From an uncultured Candidatus Peribacteria bacterium (GTDB lineage: Bacteria > Patescibacteriota > Gracilibacteria > UBA1369 > 2-02-FULL-48-14): a DNA stretch of 36,838 bases. The notes below the pieces were generated by a model, which saw only the letters and a program-made list of their open reading frames with translations, did not search any database and was not told the DNA's origin. Every line of letters begins with the position of its first letter. The stretch's first letter is position 1. Shown in pieces: positions 32,815 to 36,838 of this stretch. A program made the position numbers and the translations under genes. The stretch is from contig CAZHKJ010000001.1 in the NCBI GenBank assembly GCA_964533115.1, positions 1 to 36,838 on the forward strand. Direction: 5' to 3'.

Positions 32815-35211
32815 ATGTCTGAAAAATCTGCTCGTGAACGTGAACAAAAATGGCAATCCAAATGGAAAGAGTGGGCGCTTTATAAGCCCAATTTGGATCA
32901 TCCAACGAAGCCCAAATACTACAATGTAACCATGTTCCCTTATCCTAGTGGGGATAAGCTGCACATTGGACATTGGTACAACTATGCCCCCGTAGACACA
33001 TGGGGTCGTTTTATGCGCATGAAGGGCCACGAAGTATTTCAGCCCATGGGTTTTGATGCTTTTGGACTTCCGGCAGAAAACTATGCGATTAAAACAGGGA
33101 TTCATCCCGCAGAAACCACTCGCAAAAACATCGATCAGATGAAGACTCAAATTGCGGCGATTGGAGGGATGTTTGATTTAGATCTGAATCTCGAAACCGC
33201 GGCTCCGGACTATTACAAATGGACTCAATGGATCTTTCTTAAACTCTATGAAAAAGGGTTGGCGTATCGTAAAGAGGCTCCCGTGAATTGGTGCCCCAGT
33301 TGTATGACGGTCTTGGCTAATGAGCAGGTGGACGATGGTAAGTGTGAACGATGTAAAACGCAGGTGGTTCAGAAGAATCTACGGCAGTGGTTTTTTGCGA
33401 TTACAAAATATGTGGATCAATTACTGGATTATGAGGGGTTAGAATGGCCCGAAAAAACGGTGCTCATGCAAAAGCATTGGATAGGAAGGAGCGTGGGAAA
33501 TGAAGTGGATTTTCGAATTCAAGGAGAAGAAGGAAAGACCATCCGTATTTTCACCACTCGCTTCGATACCATTTATGGAGCCAATTTCGTGGCTATTGCG
33601 CCGGAACATCCTAAGCTCATGGATTATCTCACGGAGGAGCAGCGCGCAAAAGGAGAAGCTTACGTGGAGGAGACTCGCAAAAAATCGGAACTGGATCGTC
33701 AAATAGGGGATCGGGAAAAAACCGGCATCTTCACAGGATCTTATGCCATCAACCCCATGAATGGCAGCGCAATGCCCATTTACGTCGCTGATTTCGTTTT
33801 GATGTATGGAACAGGTGCGGTCATGGGAACTCCCGCCCATGATGAACGGGATTTTCAATTCGCAAAAGCGATGGGTTTGCCCGCTCCTCAAGTGATTGTG
33901 GCTGAAAAAGGGGCTCCTTATGAAGAAGATATAAAAGAGTGGAAAAATTCCCTTTCTGAACATGGATTTTTAGTGAACAGCGGCCCTTACACAGACATGA
34001 AAAGCGAAGAGGCTTTGAAGCTCATGACTGAGCAAATGGAGCGTGAAGCTTGGGGCAAAAAAGTCGTCCAAATCCGTTTGCGGGATTGGTTGATCTCTCG
34101 TCAGCGATATTGGGGCGCTCCCATCCCCATCATCAATTGTGAGGAATGTGGAGAAGTTCCTGTTCCTGAAAAAGATTTGCCCGTGGTGCATCCTCATGTG
34201 GAAGATTACGTCCCTAAAGGAACCTCACCTCTTGCCTCTGCGCTGGATTTCGTGAACACTCCTTGTCCCAAATGTGGAAAACCCGCAAAACGAGAAGTAG
34301 ACACGATGGACACCTTCGTGTGCAGCAGTTGGTACTTCCTTCGCTATCCGGATGCTCAAAACAGCCAGGAAGCTTGGAGTAAAGCCCGCGTGAACACCTG
34401 GCTCCCGGTAGACATGTATATTGGAGGGCCTGAGCACGCCTGCATGCATCTTCTTTATGCTCGATTCATTCATCGAGTGATGCACGACCTAGGCTATGTG
34501 GACGCGAAAGAACCTTTTAAGCGTTTGGTGCATCAGGGAATGATCACCAAAGATGGAGCCAAGATGAGCAAATCCAAAGGCAACGTGGTGAGTCCGGACG
34601 AATTTGTGGAAAAATATGGAAGCGATGTCTTCCGAATGTATTTGATGTTTATGGGGCCCTTTAGTGAAGGGGGAGATTGGAATGATCGTGGCATTACGGG
34701 AGTCGCCCGTTTTGTGGATCGTTTTGCTCGGGCCATGTCCGTGGAAGGGAGCGGAGAGAGCATGGATAAGCCTGTTCATCAAGCGGTGGCTCGTGCCAGC
34801 CAATCGATGGAAAACATGAATTTTAACACCGCCATTGCGGCACTTATGGAGCTCACCAATGAGGTGGTTAAAACCCCTCTGAATAAGGGCCAAAAAGAAA
34901 TGGTGCTCAAAGTGCTGGCTCCCCTTGCCCCTCATCTTGCGGAAGAAATATGGGAAGAGCTCGGTCATGATCATAGCATTTTTAATGAATCATGGCCTGT
35001 GCCTAAAGCGGAGTTTCTTGTGAACGACACCCTCACCTATGGTATTCAGGTGAATGGAAAGCTTCGTGGCACGGTTGAACTTCCCGCTTCATGCGGTAAA
35101 GACGACGCGCTCGCTGCCGCTCGCGCCAATCCTAATGTATCGAAATACCTGAGCGCCGGAATCAAGAAAGAAATCTTCGTTCCAGGAAAGATCATTGGTT
35201 TTGTGGTCTAG
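32815..35211 (+). CDS. leuS: Leucine--tRNA ligase
   Basis: The 798-aa protein has the class I HIGH-region motif PYPSGDKLHIGHWYNY, FDAFGLPAENYAIKTG, the Zn-binding motifs CPSC...CERC, and KMSKSKGN. Confidence 0.97.
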   Translation: MSEKSAREREQKWQSKWKEWALYKPNLDHPTKPKYYNVTMFPYPSGDKLHIGHWYNYAPVDTWGRFMRMKGHEVFQPMGFDAFGLPAENYAIKTGIHPAETTRKNIDQMKTQIAAIGGMFDLDLNLETAAPDYYKWTQWIFLKLYEKGLAYRKEAPVNWCPSCMTVLANEQVDDGKCERCKTQVVQKNLRQWFFAITKYVDQLLDYEGLEWPEKTVLMQKHWIGRSVGNEVDFRIQGEEGKTIRIFTTRFDTIYGANFVAIAPEHPKLMDYLTEEQRAKGEAYVEETRKKSELDRQIGDREKTGIFTGSYAINPMNGSAMPIYVADFVLMYGTGAVMGTPAHDERDFQFAKAMGLPAPQVIVAEKGAPYEEDIKEWKNSLSEHGFLVNSGPYTDMKSEEALKLMTEQMEREAWGKKVVQIRLRDWLISRQRYWGAPIPIINCEECGEVPVPEKDLPVVHPHVEDYVPKGTSPLASALDFVNTPCPKCGKPAKREVDTMDTFVCSSWYFLRYPDAQNSQEAWSKARVNTWLPVDMYIGGPEHACMHLLYARFIHRVMHDLGYVDAKEPFKRLVHQGMITKDGAKMSKSKGNVVSPDEFVEKYGSDVFRMYLMFMGPFSEGGDWNDRGITGVARFVDRFARAMSVEGSGESMDKPVHQAVARASQSMENMNFNTAIAALMELTNEVVKTPLNKGQKEMVLKVLAPLAPHLAEEIWEELGHDHSIFNESWPVPKAEFLVNDTLTYGIQVNGKLRGTVELPASCGKDDALAAARANPNVSKYLSAGIKKEIFVPGKIIGFVV

Positions 35212-35711
35212 CGGACTTCCAAATGAGGGCCGTTAAGTTCCATGCGAAAGCGAGTGGAATAGCTGCCACTGTCATCTTCAAGCACGGTGGAGAGTTCGAT
35301 GGTGTTTCCTGCACAGTTCGCGCTTCCGAAACAAAGATCTCCCGAAGGCGGGAAATAATAAACCTCCCATTCGTCGCTGATTTCAATGTCTTCATCAAAA
35401 TCATAGACTTCAATCACTTGCTCTAGATTCTCACTGTAGGCAATCAGTTCAATCCCGTAATTGTTCAGCGCCAGAAGATAATATTCTGTCGGCTCCGTGC
35501 CTTCAATCAGCACCGTGGAAAGCGACCTGGATCGAGCCTCTTGGAAGATTCGTACGATGTTATTCACATGCGTGTCGTAGCGCACTTTCAAATTCAATTG
35601 TTGGTAGCTCAAAACCAATGCGGTCGTAATGATCGCAATGATCACCAAAACAATCATGAGTTCAATGAGAGTAAAAGCGGGTCTTTTTTGGGCCAATCCT
35701 GGTGTTTCCAT
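35208..35711 (-). CDS. Type IV pilin/pseudopilin-like protein (prepilin-type N-terminal cleavage/methylation domain)
   Basis: The leader METPGLAQKRPA is followed by FTLIELMIVLVIIAIITTALV. There is a C-terminal Cys pair, CFGSANC. Confidence 0.85.
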   Translation of the reverse strand: METPGLAQKRPAFTLIELMIVLVIIAIITTALVLSYQQLNLKVRYDTHVNNIVRIFQEARSRSLSTVLIEGTEPTEYYLLALNNYGIELIAYSENLEQVIEVYDFDEDIEISDEWEVYYFPPSGDLCFGSANCAGNTIELSTVLEDDSGSYSTRFRMELNGPHLEVR

Positions 35712-35800
35712 GGGAAAGGGAATGGACGAAGAAGTACGGAAGAATGCCTAATCACTCTAGCAGAGTTGCACCATCAACAAAATGGAATTAGGATGAAGGC

Positions 35801-36496
35801 ATGTCCCACGCCACCCCTCCTCGCCGCTTTCGGTCTCGCGCGGCAGAGTCCATGATCGAGACGTTGATTGCTATTACGGTTTTGGTTTTATCGACCACGG
35901 CAGCTCTTTCGATGCTTCGTACCGCCCTCAAAGGGAATCAAATCATTGGGGAAAAATTGGTGGCTATTCAGTTGGCCATGGAAGGCTTGGATGCCATTAA
36001 AAATATCCGCGACACCAACTATCTGCTTTTTCCTAGCGACACCGATAATTGTTGGAATCGGCTCAACGCCAAAAAACTTTCAGATTGCACCAGCCCCTCT
36101 ACGCCCGCCAATACTATTTATGACGGACAAACCTACTATCTCACGCGGAATTTGATTGATGCCCCTCTGTTCAAATGGTCCATGAGTTTGGCCTCCGGGC
36201 CAAGGCCGGGGGGAATGAATTTCTTCTCCATCGACACCACAACGACCATGGATTCCGCCACCGAAAATGCCACTCTTTACGCGGATTGGCGCAGCGCATC
36301 AAATGCTGATTTTACCAGTTTATTCCCCACCTCTTTTGTACGTACCGTGACCATTGATTACGATCCTTTAGACAGCAACGGTGTGGATCAATGCCCTACG
36401 GATGAGTGTTTTTCTGCAGACGTAAAGGTGGAATGGCGGATCAACGGCTTGATTCAGTCCGTTACTTTAACCCGTATTTTCTCCAATGTTTTTTAG
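35801..36496 (+). CDS. Minor-pilin-like (PilV-like) protein with an atypical leader
   Basis: The basic leader MSHATPPRRFRSRAA is followed by ESMIETLIAITVLVLSTTAALSML, which has Glu at position +5 if cleavage follows Ala-Ala. Next comes AIQLAMEGLDAIKNIRD, typical of PilV/GspI-like proteins. Two Cys pairs are present. Confidence 0.6.
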   Translation: MSHATPPRRFRSRAAESMIETLIAITVLVLSTTAALSMLRTALKGNQIIGEKLVAIQLAMEGLDAIKNIRDTNYLLFPSDTDNCWNRLNAKKLSDCTSPSTPANTIYDGQTYYLTRNLIDAPLFKWSMSLASGPRPGGMNFFSIDTTTTMDSATENATLYADWRSASNADFTSLFPTSFVRTVTIDYDPLDSNGVDQCPTDECFSADVKVEWRINGLIQSVTLTRIFSNVF

Positions 36497-36776
36497 AAAT
36501 CTCAAAAAGAAGCGGGCATTCACTCTGGTTGAGCTCCTCATTACGCTCACTATTTTTTCGATTGTTGCGATTATTTCGATGACGGTGCTCATCAATGGGC
36601 TGCGTTCGGCCAAAAAAATCCAAGCTCAAGTCTTTTTATACAGTGAAGCGCAAGCCATCATGGACATGATCGCCCGAGAGATTGAACAGAGCACGGTGGA
36701 CTATGAAGCGTACTACGCAAATCATTCAGCCAGTTATCACCAAGCTTTTTTTCTATCCAGTCTTTCCACAATGTGA
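36486..36776 (+). CDS. Prepilin-type N-terminal domain protein (PilW-like); possibly continues past 36776 after a frameshift
   Basis: The leader MFFRNLKKKRA is followed by FTLVELLITLTIFSIVAIISMTVL and EAQAIMDMIAREIEQS. It overlaps the preceding gene by 11 nt. Confidence 0.75.
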   Translation: MFFRNLKKKRAFTLVELLITLTIFSIVAIISMTVLINGLRSAKKIQAQVFLYSEAQAIMDMIAREIEQSTVDYEAYYANHSASYHQAFFLSSLSTM

Positions 36777-36838
36777 CGAGTGGAACGGCTGTATCAGGGA
36801 GCGTTTCACCTGTGAGGGTGGACCGAACAAGAGCGTGC

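Noticed and set aside
32731-34974. Minus-strand ORFs inside leuS (32731-33150, 33439-33963, 33970-34197, 34225-34485, 34489-34974).
   Set aside because: They are antisense to a gene with clear class I aaRS motifs and contain no motifs of their own.
1-36838. Alternative genetic code (UGA read as Gly or Trp, as in some candidate phyla), prompted by the in-frame TGA at 28270 and the TGA at the PhzF split.
   Set aside because: UvrA, LeuS, EF-P, RecF and the 5,064-aa ORF have no internal TGA. TGA terminates the PrsW-like and TrmB-like genes and all four operon junctions at sensible protein ends. Standard code 11 fits.
1-36838. CRISPR arrays, tRNA/rRNA genes, transposases, integrases and reverse transcriptases (DGR or retron).
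   Set aside because: I saw no regularly spaced direct repeats, no tRNA-like T-loop/acceptor sequences in the intergenic regions, and no ORF with the corresponding catalytic motifs. The only repeat structures are the 19290/19595 inverted repeat and the 10-bp AT-rich array.

Overview
This 36.8 kb window looks like part of a small, streamlined bacterial genome, possibly CPR/Patescibacteria-like; that placement is inference only. It uses the standard genetic code, with TGA as a stop codon. I found no rRNA, tRNA, CRISPR array, transposase or integrase.

The first 41% of the window is one uninterrupted ORF of at least 5,064 aa that is still open at the 5' edge. It encodes a mosaic surface protein with Asp-rich Ca-binding repeats, two SLH triplets flanked by thrombospondin-type-3 repeats, Big/PKD-like Ig folds, FG-GAP repeats and an unassigned hydrophobic Cys/Pro-rich central module.

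Four further genes (15208-19263) follow it, and every junction is an ATGA stop/start overlap. Each of the four encodes a signal-peptide-bearing, mostly helical protein with no family I recognise and a Cys within the last four residues. This giant-protein plus four-gene tail is my best candidate for an undescribed cell-surface system.

Downstream is a small islet (19290-20200). It holds a 2-TM gene bracketed by 22-24 nt inverted repeats, two ORFs below the track's length cutoff (a zinc ribbon and an Xis-type HTH), and an AT-rich array with 10-bp phasing.

The rest is mainly housekeeping: uvrA, efp, a PrsW-like protease, recF, an SDR and leuS. There is also a small accessory patch with a C39-like peptidase, a PhzF-like gene split at an ATGA junction, a possible isochorismatase-like protein, a class IV aminotransferase-like protein and a frameshifted Excalibur protein. 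A TrmB-family regulator and three prepilin-type genes at the 3' edge complete the window.

All functional calls come from motif recognition by eye. No database search was run.
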